Part shown: piece by piece, positions 53,465-64,000 of the stretch
Position numbering within the stretch: position 1 is the first letter of the stretch
Layout of the letters: each line of letters starts with the position of its first letter
Source: Felis catus
Lineage: Eukaryota
Direction of reading: 5' to 3'
Assembly: GCF_018350175.1 (NCBI RefSeq)
Contig: NC_058368.1
Coordinates: 31,870,001-31,934,000 of the forward strand
Length of the DNA stretch: 64,000 bases
Made by a program: the position numbers and the translations under genes
The notes under the pieces: model-generated
What the model was told of the DNA's origin: nothing
Database searches by the model: none
Seen by the model: only the letters and a program-made list of their open reading frames with translations

Positions 53465-53644
53465 AGCAGGGGCAAAGTGCGAGTGGCAGAGGGACAGAGA
53501 GAGAGGGAGATAGAATCCTGAAGCAGGCTCCAGGCTCTGAGCTGTCAGCACAGAGCCTGACATGGTGCTTAAACTCACGAGCCTATGAGATGATGACTTG
53601 AACCAAAGTCGAACACTTAACTGACTGAGCTACCCAGGTGCCCC
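53394..53644 (-). mobile_element. Can-SINE with (GA)n
   Basis: TSD taaactatccta. Confidence 0.95.
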
Positions 53645-54231
53645 TAAACTATCCTATGTTTAATTAACAAAATTTAAGTAAATGTATTTTCAGATGAAGT
53701 GAGGAAAAACATAGAGATTCTTTCTAATATATTTTTAATACAGTAGCTTTTCTCAGACGTACTTCAGATATGAGAAAAGTGATTACAGGTGGAAATTTAG
53801 AGTTGAAGGGTTAATATTAAGTGGACACATTGCAAAATAGGTGGATAAGTGGAAATAAACCTTGACTCCATAAAAAAACATACAAATTCTAATATTTGAG
53901 GAAAACCAAGATAGAGCTAAAATGCTGGAATACAATTGACATACAATTGGAGAATAAGTTTTCAGAGTTTAAGCATTTTAAGATCCTTGTGTATTTTAGA
54001 ATGAGGTAAAGATATTGAATAACTAGACAGGATTGAATCTGTGTATTTAGGTAGCTATGCTAATCACTAAAAAGAATCATTATAATGTTTAAAGAAGTTG
54101 AAGGGAACAAATGGAATAAGGAAAAGAAGAAAAAAACTTGTTTTAAATCAAACCCAGAATGGAAGATATAAAACATTTAAAGAGAAAGTTGAAAGAAAGC
54201 ACATAATAGAAATATTGAAGAACAAATTAAA

Positions 54232-54464
54232 CTTTTTATTTGTATTCATTTATTTTAAAAATATTTATTTATTTTGAAAGAGAGTTCAGTGGGGGAGGGA
54301 CAGAGAGAGAGGGAGAGAGAGAGTCCCAAGTAGGCTCTGTGCCCATCAGCGCAGAGCTTGACATGGTGACATGGGGCTTGATCCCAAGAACCGAACTGTG
54401 AGATCATGACCTGAGCTGAAATCAAGAGTCAGATTCTTAGACGACTGAGCCACCCAGGTGCCCC
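54232..54464 (-). mobile_element. Can-SINE
   Basis: Tail and head motifs. Confidence 0.92.
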
Positions 54465-54769
54465 TTGAATTATCTTTTTTAAAATCAATGAAATGTGTAA
54501 TCTCAGCAAAACACAAAATTAATTATATTCTGCTTCTAAGTCACACACATACATTTTAAAGACTGATTTATGTTGAAATTATAAAATACAAATTAGAATT
54601 ACCCTACAAATACAAGCAAATAAAAGTGATATAATTATACAATTTCAGACAGATTTTAAAGGAAAAGCATTCTGAGGTTAAAAAAATGTGAGTGAGGCAT
54701 ATGAAAAGCTGCTCAATGTATAAGGGAGCTATAATAGCTCTAAGAATATATGTAACAATAACACCCTCT

Positions 54770-54943
54770 GGGGTGTGTCGGTGGCTCAGTTGAGCATTTG
54801 GCTCAGGTCATGATCTTATGGTTCATGAGGTTGAGCCCTGCATGGGACTCTCTGCTGTTAGCACAGAACCTGTTTTGGATCCTCTGTCCCTTTCTCCTGC
54901 CCTTCCCCCACTTGTGTTCTCTCTTAAAAAAAAAAAAAAAAAA
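54770..54943 (+). mobile_element. Can-SINE (internally deleted)
   Basis: Head, A tail; TSD-like aa.aacacc..c. Confidence 0.88.
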
Positions 54944-55314
54944 GAACAACACCCCCAAAGTTGTAAAGCATATTTTATAGGTCTTTTCTTTAAGAAATTG
55001 ATAAATATACCAACATATAAGGAGAGACTTAAAAATACCTTCATAAGGTATTGATAGATGCTCAAAACAAAAATAGCAAAAAATGTCTGCTGTATATAAC
55101 ATAGAGAATATCACTTACAAACTTTATACCTGGACATATGTCCACTAAAATATATATTTTGAAGTACACATAGGACATTTATAAAAATTGACCTGTATTC
55201 TAAGCCATAAAAATGAGCTTAACAAATTTCAAATAACTGATGTTATTGTGTTCATACTCCAATTACATAACCATTTACATAAATAAATAAGTAAACAACC
55301 CTTAGTCATCTATA

Positions 55315-55660
55315 CTAAACAATATTTTTAACATTCAGCCAAAAATTACAAGTTACACAGAAAGATAAAGAAAAAACAGTCTGAAGAGACAAAGCAAATC
55401 TAAAAGTTAGACTCAGATGTGATACTGATGTTGGAAAGATCAGACAAGAAATTTGAGATAACTCTGATAAATATTTTAGAGGTTCTAATGGGAAAAGTAG
55501 ACAAAATGGAAATTAACAAAAAGAATTTTAAAATGATAGAAACCAGAAAAAACAGTAAAAGAAATAAAGAATGCCTTTGATGTGCTTATCTGTATCGGGG
55601 ACAGACCTGAGGAATTTTTCTGTGGTTTTGAAGATAGGTCAACAAAAAAATAAAAATTAT
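55315..55660 (+). mobile_element. Old L1 ORF1-region fragment
   Basis: gaagagacaaagcaa...gactcagatgtgatactgatgttggaa...gaatgcctttgatgtgcttatc. Confidence 0.6.
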
Positions 55661-56805
55661 AGTTTTTACATTTAAAACTTTGAGATAAGCTGGCATAGAT
55701 ATTTGGCATTTTCACTCTCTTTGATATCTCCAGTCATAATGTCAATAGTGATTCTAATAAGAAATCACAAACATTTTCTTGTTGACATATTGTTTTAAAT
55801 GAAATGCAGTACTATTACTTCTAGGATATGAGCTGAAGCATGTTTGAAAAAAGTAGTTTCCCTGAAGCTCAATTAAATCAGCATATTGTCGACCTTGGCA
55901 ACATACAGAGGAATATGTAGTTTAACTTTACTGGGAGTGGATTTCTTGGCTATAAATAATCATTAGGATGCATTTTCATCAAAACTTCTTTAGGGTCTTT
56001 TCATAATTATGGCTACAATTTATTACCATCCATTCCTATTATGTGGCTGGACATACAGTCAGGTAGTTTTTATATTATCTCTTAACTCTCAACAAATATG
56101 AAAAATAGATTTTATATCTTCATTTTTCAGAAGAGTACTACAGCTCAGTATCACATAGCTGCAAGTGGCTGGGCTAGGATTTGATAGTTGTCTGAGAGTT
56201 TGATAACTATTTCCCTAACAATCCTGTAAAGCAGCAACAAGATGAAAGTGGTCTAAGTGATAAACTACATTAGGTTAATTTGATCACTGTTTTTGCCAAA
56301 GTTCTAGTCAAGGCATTTGTAACAAATGCATTGGCTGTGTGTCTGTTATGCTGAATCAGCACCATAGATTCGGTTAAAATTAGAATGCGCTAATTGTATT
56401 CTATTTCATTAGAAAAGAATATATCATTATGGGAAGGGGATGATGAGGGAAGATTTTTAAGAAATGTGAGCAACAGGCAAAAAGAAAATAAGTGGGACAT
56501 CTCTAAAGAAAGTAGTTCTGATACTAGAAGGAGTCACTTTAATGATGCGGTAAAGTGTATCATTTGATCCTTTAACATAAATTGGTAGAAAAAAAAAATT
56601 AATTTTCTAAAATATCTAGAAATTCAAGCTAATAACACATTCATTTATATTTTTAGTGATTCACCTACAAAAATGATGGCCTTGCATTTTGAAAAGAGCA
56701 TGGGTTTTAGAATTGAATCTGTGCTCAGTTCCCAACACTTTCATTTATTGTTTAGCTGTATGGTATTAGGCTAATTATTTAAACATTTTTAAAATGAGCA
56801 TAATA

Positions 56806-57855
56806 TCCTAAGGCAAGGAAAACAAAAGTAAAAATAAAATATTGAAACTACATCAAAATAAAAAGTATTCACTTTTGAAGAGTGAATGAAACTATCCACA
56901 AAACAAGAAGGCAATCTACTGAATGGGAGAAGATATTTGCAAATTGTAAATCTGATAAGGGATTAGTATCCAAAATACATAAACTATACAACTCAGCACC
57001 CAAGAAACCAACAATCAGATTAAAATTAGGTGGAAGAACTGAATATGAGACATTTTCCCAAAGAAGACATACAGATGGCCAACAGACACATGAAAAGATG
57101 TTCAACATTACTAATTATCAGGGAACTGCAAATCAAAACCACAATGAGATACCACCTTACATCTGTAAGAATGGATAGAATCAAAAAGACAAGAAATAAC
57201 AAGTGTTGGTGAGGATGTGGAGAAAGAGGAACTGTCATGCACTGTTGGTGGAAAACAGTATGGAGTTTTCTCAAAAAATTGAAAAAAGGAATACGCTATG
57301 ATCTAATATCACTACTGGGTATTTACTCAAAGCAAAAAAAAAAAAATACCAATTCAAAAATATATATGTACCTTGTTTGTGCTTGTTGCAGCATTATTTA
57401 CAATAGCCAGCATATGGAAGGAAACTGAGTGTCCGTGGATGAGTAAATGGATGGACCAGAGGGTATTATGCTAAGTGAAATTAGACTAAGAAAGACAAAT
57501 GTATGATTTCACTCATATGTGGAATCTAAAAACAAAGCAAAGGAATAAACAAAATGCAGAATCAGGCCTGTAAATACAGAGAACAAACTGATGATTGCCA
57601 GAGGGAAAGGGATTGGAGGGATGGGCAAGATAGGTGCAGGGGAGTGGGAGATACATGCTTGCAGTTATGGAATGAATAAGGCACGGAAATAAAGGTACAG
57701 CATAAGGAATATAGTCAATGTATTGTAACAGCATATGATAACAGATGGTGCCTGCACTTGTGGTGAATATAGCATAACATATAGAGATGATGAATCCCTA
57801 TTTTGTATACCTTAAGCTTATGTAACATTGTGTGTCACTTGTACTCAAATAAAAA
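56806..57855 (+). mobile_element. Carnivore L1 3' end (ORF2 C-terminus and 3'UTR), 5'-truncated, inserted in a MIR
   Basis: ORFs TEWEKIFAN..SDKGLVSKI and [33 protein letters not shown] match L1 ORF2p; ends ctcaaataaaa; TSD-like gcataatatc/gcatagtatc. Confidence 0.93.
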
Positions 57856-58054
57856 CTTTTTTTTTTTTTTTTTTTAAAGGCATAGTATCATCCCCATCCC
57901 AACCACTGTAGGTTTGTTGTCAGGTTAAATGGGATGCATGTCAATCACCTAATCCAGACTTGTTTCTTCTTAGTCAATTGTTATAACCTTATGACTTAAG
58001 AGAAATTGTATGGTGGACTCTTAAAAGTTTTTATGACCAGAGACTTTATATCTT

Positions 58055-58078
58055 AAATGTTTATTTATTTGTTTTTGA

Positions 58079-58111
<33 letters not shown>

Positions 58112-58284
58112 TGAGTGATCACATGTGGGGGACAGGCAGAGAGAGAGGGAGACAAAATCCAATGTAGGCTCAACACAGCCAGTGCAGAGCTCGATGTGGG
58201 GCTGGAACTCACGAACCATGAGATCATGACCTGAGCCTAAATCATGAGTCGGATGCTTAACCAACTGAGCCACCCAGGCACCCA
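58055..58284 (-). mobile_element. Can-SINE
   Basis: Tail and head motifs. Confidence 0.92.
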
Positions 58285-59433
58285 CAAAATAAATCGAAAT
58301 TATTGTCTCCAAAATATGTCATCAGACCTGTGCACACATTTTCATACATCTGACAAGGCAAATGTACTGATCACTACTAATTTATAGGACTTATTCATAT
58401 AATTTAGGGAAAAAAATCTTTATCTGTTCCAAAAGGGCAAACATATACTATTTTTCTTTGAAGCATGGGGGATAGTCTAAGAATTAAACTCATTACAAGA
58501 AGTATATATATTTTTAATTACATTTATAACATATGCATATATATATATATTATTTTTTTTTTGATTTCCTGAACTCCAAGTCCATGTATAATGAAATACA
58601 CCAAGTAGACTATATCATGATGTTTGAGGTGAGAGCTATCACTTTAAACATCTATTTTGAAAGTATATATCAAATGTACTTTAGGTTGACTTTTTTATAA
58701 TTACTAATTATTACTCTAATTCACCTATAATTACTATAATTACCTTATTCATAATTAGGGCACCAAAGGCCCAATTAAGGTCCCAATTAAAGGCTAAGAC
58801 TGTATGGCTCCTAACATTTGAACTGAGACAGAAGAAAGTGGTTAAGAGGAACAGTCTCAAAATGGCTGCTAAGATTGCAAGGGCTTCCTTCAGGTTACAG
58901 TAAGGAAAGATCTGAACAAATTTGATGATAATTCAAGTAGAAACACACTGCCATCATATTTACCATCTTTGTATTATTGCATAGATATTTTAAAATTAAC
59001 TCTCTTCTGTTTTCCCTTTGTCCTGTTCTGTTACTTGGAAAATATTTAACCAAGTGATATTTACTGATTTTGATTTCTAATACTGTCATTTTCAGATCTA
59101 CTTACTGACCTGCCTTTATAATTCTTTTAATTTTTCTTTTCAATCATACTTTTAGTGGCTTATTGCTGTTGCTGCTATTGTTGTATTATTGTTGTTGTCA
59201 TCATCATCCATATGAAATATGATTCATTTCAAAAAGGTAGAAGTCCAAATAACAGAATCCATTTATCTCAGTTTTACTGTTTTTGTAAATTTACTCCAAG
59301 CTTTATGTATATTTTCTGTAGTGTAATAGATAACAAGGGCCACTGAATTTTTAAAAATATTAGGCCAAAAAATATCTTTCTTTGCCTGTTTTTAGTAGTC
59401 CTCAGCAACAAAATTAAAGTGAAGAATGAACGT

Positions 59434-59650
59434 GGGGTGCCTGGGTGGCTCAGTCAGTTAAGCATCCGACTTTGACTCAGGTCATGATCTCATAGTCTGT
59501 GAGTTTGAGCCCCACGTTGGGCTCTGTGCTCAGAGCACAGAGCCTGGAGCTGCTTTGATTCTGTGTCTCCCTCTCTCGCTACCCCTCCCCTGCTTATGCT
59601 GCATCTCTGTTTCTCAAAAATAAATAAATGTTTAAAAAAGTTTAAAAAAA
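59434..59650 (+). mobile_element. Can-SINE
   Basis: TSD tgaagaat.aa.gt. Confidence 0.94.
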
Positions 59651-60127
59651 TGAAGAATAAATGTAAAATAGGTGTTTACTACACCACATTCTTTGCTGGA
59701 AGCTGTTGCCAGTGGCCTTATTTTCAAAAACACCTAAAACTAAGCAGCATAAAACTGTAGAAGACACATATTGCATAGCCCAGGATGTGATGATGAAGAC
59801 AGATCCATATCACCACTGATTTTTAAAAGCTGTATCAAAACTCATTTTGTGAATAAAGAATGTCATAAAACTGAGCACAAATAGGCCACTAATCAAATAC
59901 CTATATCTTTTCAAGGAATCCAAATATAATATATTGAATCAAACTAGATTTCATTTCATCACCCTAAGTAGAAATTACACATGAGCTTCTTAACAGGATT
60001 TTACTTGGATCAAAGTATTCATCTAAAATGAAGATTGATCTGAGCAACTGTGATCTTTGTGTCTTTCTGACAGTCATGTTTCAGTTTTATAAGCTAAGAA
60101 GATCTGCATACAATATATAGAGAGAGC

Positions 60128-60129
60128 AT

Positions 60130-60156
<27 letters not shown>
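60128..60156. repeat. (CA)n microsatellite
   Basis: Direct reading. Confidence 0.93.
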
Positions 60157-60160
<4 letters not shown>

Positions 60161-60719
60161 TATATGTGTATATATGTTTTACTGAGTTCAAGGCTAATTA
60201 AATGCAATGTCAGAGCCGTTAGTTGAAGAAGCAAGAGTAATACAGGCAAAAATAATGTCTTCATTATTTCAAATTGTATAATATTATTCATTGTGTATTT
60301 ATTATGTTTAAGCAACTTACTCAGAAATACCTTCAAAATTTATGTGGCCAAAACTTCTTAAAGGCATCTAAGAACCTAGAGTTAATGCATATCTTTAAGA
60401 TATAAGTTAATTGAAGCACAGGGACATATCCTGTTTTATGAAAACAAAATGTCATTCATTCTTACTTGGAAACCAAGTTAATTGCCCAAGGAGGACTAAC
60501 ATTTTAAAGGTAGATTGTGAAAGCTACATCGTATAAGTTTGAAAGTGAGTTTTGAATACATAGTCACCTTGAACTTAAATATTAAAAATATAAGATCGAT
60601 GCCCATCATTATGTTTTAGCTTGAGGATATAAAATGCATTGATTTAACCATGGATCATTTAAGACCCTTAATTCATTGTAACTAAAGGTACTCATCTTAT
60701 TCAAAAAGAGAATTTTGAG

Positions 60720-60990
60720 TGGTATGTAAAAGAATATAACATTTGAGATCTTGGCTACTGAATTCAGACTCCCTTGTTTTGAAGTTCGTTAAAGGTTATG
60801 GGAAATTAGAAAGCTATTTAATCACTCTGTCCTACCAACTCTGCAAATAAGAGTATAATTAGTACCCAGTTCATTCATGTCTTAGGGATTAAATGGTCTA
60901 CATGTAGAAAACACTTACAGCTGCCTTCTATGTAGTACATTAAATATCTATTTACTATTATTATTATTATTATTATTATTACTACTACTA
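60720..60990 (+). mobile_element. MIR with (TTA)n tail
   Basis: tatttaatcactctgt...ctgcaaataagagtataattagtacc...gggattaaatg. Confidence 0.6.
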
Positions 60991-61178
60991 TAAATTACTA
61001 TAATGTTACATATTGATAAATCTACTCCAGATAGATTTGGATATCTATTGCCAGGAATGTGGTAGATGGAAGAAAAGATAGTTGATCTAATAATAATAAA
61101 TGGTGAAGCACATGAACACAACAAAACTTGGTATCTAATACCACACAATCACTCTATTCTAAGATTAAGACTGAGGGA

Positions 61179-61393
61179 GGGGTGGCACCTGGGTGGCTCA
61201 GTCAGTTGAGTATCCAACTTCGGCTCAGGTTATGATCTCGTGGTTCGTGGTTTCAAGCCTCATGTCAGGCTCTGTGCTGACAGCTCAGAGCCTGGAGCCT
61301 GCCTCAGATTCTATGGCTCCCTTTCTCTCTGCCCCTCCTCTGCTCACACTCTCTCTGTGTCTCAAAAATAAATAAACTTAAAAAAAAATTAAA
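61179..61393 (+). mobile_element. Can-SINE
   Basis: Head, CT tract, tail. Confidence 0.94.
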
Positions 61394-61516
61394 TAACTAG
61401 GACTAGGAGGTATGTATTTTGTGTCAGCAAAAAACTTTAAGGAAAAATGTGAGCAAAGCACACAAGTGAAAATTTCTGAGCATAACTATTACAAAGTTAG
61501 AAGTGAAACAGAGTTA

Positions 61517-61730
61517 GGGTGCCTGGGTGGATTAGTCAGTTGAGCATATGACTCGGTTTTTGGCTCAGGTCATGATCCCAGGGTCATGGAATTGAGCTCC
61601 ACATTGGGCTCCCTGCTGAGTGTAGAGCCTGCTTGGGATATTGTCTCTCTCTCTCTGTCTCTCTCTCTCTCTGTCTCTCTCTCTGCCCTTTCCCCCCCTC
61701 TTGCTCTCTCCAAAAAAAAAAAAAAAAAAA
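61517..61730 (+). mobile_element. Can-SINE
   Basis: TSD aagtgaaacag. Confidence 0.94.
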
Positions 61731-62279
61731 AAGTGAAACAGCTGAATTCTGGGCAAGTAAGAATGAGTTGTGAGCAGGAATATTAACAGCACACAACTAA
61801 GAATGATTTCAGAGGGCTCAGATTGGAGGATTTAAACCAAAGAATTACATTTCCGGTCTTTACACGATCTTAGGTCAATAAAGCTAAAATTTTTTTAAAT
61901 GTCTAATAATATATTATGCTAATATATGCAGATAATATTCTGTATGAATTCCCCAGTATGTATATTGTAATGAACCTTTAACTTACGGTAAAGAAAATAT
62001 GTATAAATACAGAATTCATAAATGATAATAGCCAATTTTTGTCAAGTACATATTTTTTTAGAGCTATAACAAGCATGTTATAGGAATCTTTTCATTTGTC
62101 TGCAAAATCCTGTAAAGAAGTACATTATCAGAACTATTCTTGAACTAACTTTATAGACACAATTTACATATAGTAAAATTCACTATTTTTAAGTGCACAG
62201 GCAACTGAGTTATGAAAAGTATGTATTTATGGGTAAACAGCACCACTGTTAATGATATACATTACTTCTACTAGAAATA

Positions 62280-62470
62280 AAAGATGAAATGAAAATTTAA
62301 AAATACATTACAATATCCAAAGCATGAAATATTTGGTGGTAAATACAATTAAATATGCACAAGACCTGTACACTGAAAAGTATAAAATATTGCCTGTAAA
62401 AACAAAAGTAAGACTAAATAAATAATGATATATACTATGCTCATGGATTGGTGGAATCCAGATTGTTGTA
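62280..62470 (+). mobile_element. Old L1 ORF2 fragment
   Basis: caagacctgtacactgaaaagtataaaatattg...tactatgctcatggattgg. Confidence 0.7.
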
Positions 62471-64000
62471 CTCTTTTGCTTGAATCTGACAAAGTAATGT
62501 CACTTTGGTCATAAACAGAAATGAATATTTGAGAAGAAATTATTACTCTGTAGGTGGAATCAGTTCTTTTGCCTACATGGCCCTATTGATTATTCAATAC
62601 TTTAATGCTGTTTCAAGCAGTTTTAACATAATTCCCCTAGTACTGTGTTGTCCAGTATTTTAGCCTTCTCGAGCGACAGTGTTTTTTCAATGCCCTAGGC
62701 ACTTCATGGCAAATGTCACTTTGAAGAGCTCACTTAGCCCTTCAGGCCAGTAGTGCAAGTCATTTGTATTCCTGCTGCAGGTCTGAGTGATACCACACCT
62801 CTTCAAGCGAGCTCCAAAGAGAACATACCTCACGTGGTATGCCTGCTAAACTACAAGGGCAGATGGCTGCTTTATTATTGGTTCCTGGTGAAATACGAAA
62901 TTGCTGAGCAAGCTTTTAAGATTTGTTTTTTGCAGTGGTGTAAAGTGTGATTTTTTAAAATAAAGTGTTAATCTAATATTAAAATTTATTTTGTGTATGG
63001 ACCTAGAACAGAACTGACAAGGTTCCTTTTATGTGCAGCAAAAATGTCTAAATGTTATACTCACAGTTTTTTGTATTGTAGGAAATGCATGAAAAATTCT
63101 TAGTGATAGGGGAACGGCCTCTAGGACCTTAGACATCAGTTTTAAAAGATAGATTGTTATACCTATAAATTTGTCTCTCCTGGAACTGACATCCAAGGTC
63201 CCAGGATCTTTTTTCCATTCACTGAAGATTTTTTATGCAATTCCTACAGCACACTGTATTCTATTCTTTGCAAGAAATGTTCAACCATTAATATTACAGA
63301 GACAGCAAGACACCTTGCCTACTGCCAAAAATAAAAGGGAGAAATTAAAAGTGGGGGCACAATGTACCATACCTATCAACATTTTAAAGAAAAACAAAGG
63401 TTTATTACCAAGAAAGTTACTAGTTATGTTAATTACACTCAAGTACAAGAACATGCTGTGTATATTTAGAAAAGATAAAGAATGCAGTGATGTACAATGA
63501 TATTTTTTGGTAAAATCATTTGAGCTAGTTTTTTTTTTAAATAATTAAAAAAATGATTTTTTTCTCAATGAGTTTGTGATGAGAATCTTTGAAGTTCAAA
63601 TATAAAAGAAAAAGATACAATCATAGGTCTCCATCCTAATGGAACAGAATTTTTATTTTATGATAATTGTCACATTGAAAATTGGTCAGCCAATTTAACA
63701 CTGGAAGTCCTATGTCCATAAGAGAACTTGGCTAAAAATTTAAGGAAGTTTTTGATTTGGAGGATGCACGTAGCCTTGAATACCATGTTCATTCACAGTA
63801 AAATCTGCTTCATTTTTTCATTGCCCATATATCTGTGATTTCGTATAATATCTGGAATATCTTAAAATTATTTTTCTTATTTAAATATAGTAATAATGGG
63901 TTACTGCCAATAGTCACACTATATATTCTTTACTAGACATAGCCTATTTTTTTATTATTAAAAAAAACAGGAATTTCAGAACACCAACAAAGAGACTAAC

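Larger units (their letters stand above)
51940..55260 (+). mobile_element. Old L1 (L1ME-like) 5'UTR/ORF1/ORF2-start remnant, interrupted by three SINEs
   Basis: ORF1-like attagaatgagaacag...ggaggccagaga...gttctgagagaaaat...aaactatc; endonuclease-like gaatatatgtaac, ggacatttataaaaattgacc. Confidence 0.6.

Noticed and set aside
56869..57734. Cluster of ORFs
   Set aside because: Frameshifted L1 ORF2/3'UTR and its antisense
58695..58795. TAATTA-rich short tandem motifs
   Set aside because: Compatible with AT-rich slippage; no independent support for homeodomain-site function
59786..59822. C-box (GTGATGA) and D-box (CTGA) motifs
   Set aside because: Spacing far too short for a C/D snoRNA and no terminal stem
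1..64000. CRISPR arrays, operons or other prokaryotic systems
   Set aside because: Sequence is mammalian; no repeat-spacer array or gene-dense coding structure

Overview
AT-rich mammalian genomic DNA, almost certainly from a felid: there are about 30 tRNA-derived Can-SINEs, several of the feline SINEC_Fc type. No protein-coding exon can be supported, and the listed ORFs are chance or repeat-derived. The window is mostly interspersed repeats: Can-SINEs, old and carnivore L1, L2, MIR, MER5/MER3/MER91/Tigger DNA elements, MaLR LTRs, a solo LTR with TSD and an ERVL internal remnant. It also holds a U6 snRNA pseudogene and several microsatellites. Non-routine items: (1) a SINE with a near-perfect 140-bp inverted copy of its own head inside its tail (2.6-2.9 kb); (2) an orphan CpG-island promoter-like region ending in a splice donor (25.6-26.4 kb), with a possible non-coding exon at 44.7-44.8 kb; (3) a U6 pseudogene with strongly AT->GC-biased substitutions; (4) a small template-switch inversion that creates paired AP-1 sites; (5) an 18-bp minisatellite grown inside a SINE. 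Repeat family names are from recalled consensus sequences, not a database search, and boundaries of old repeats are approximate.
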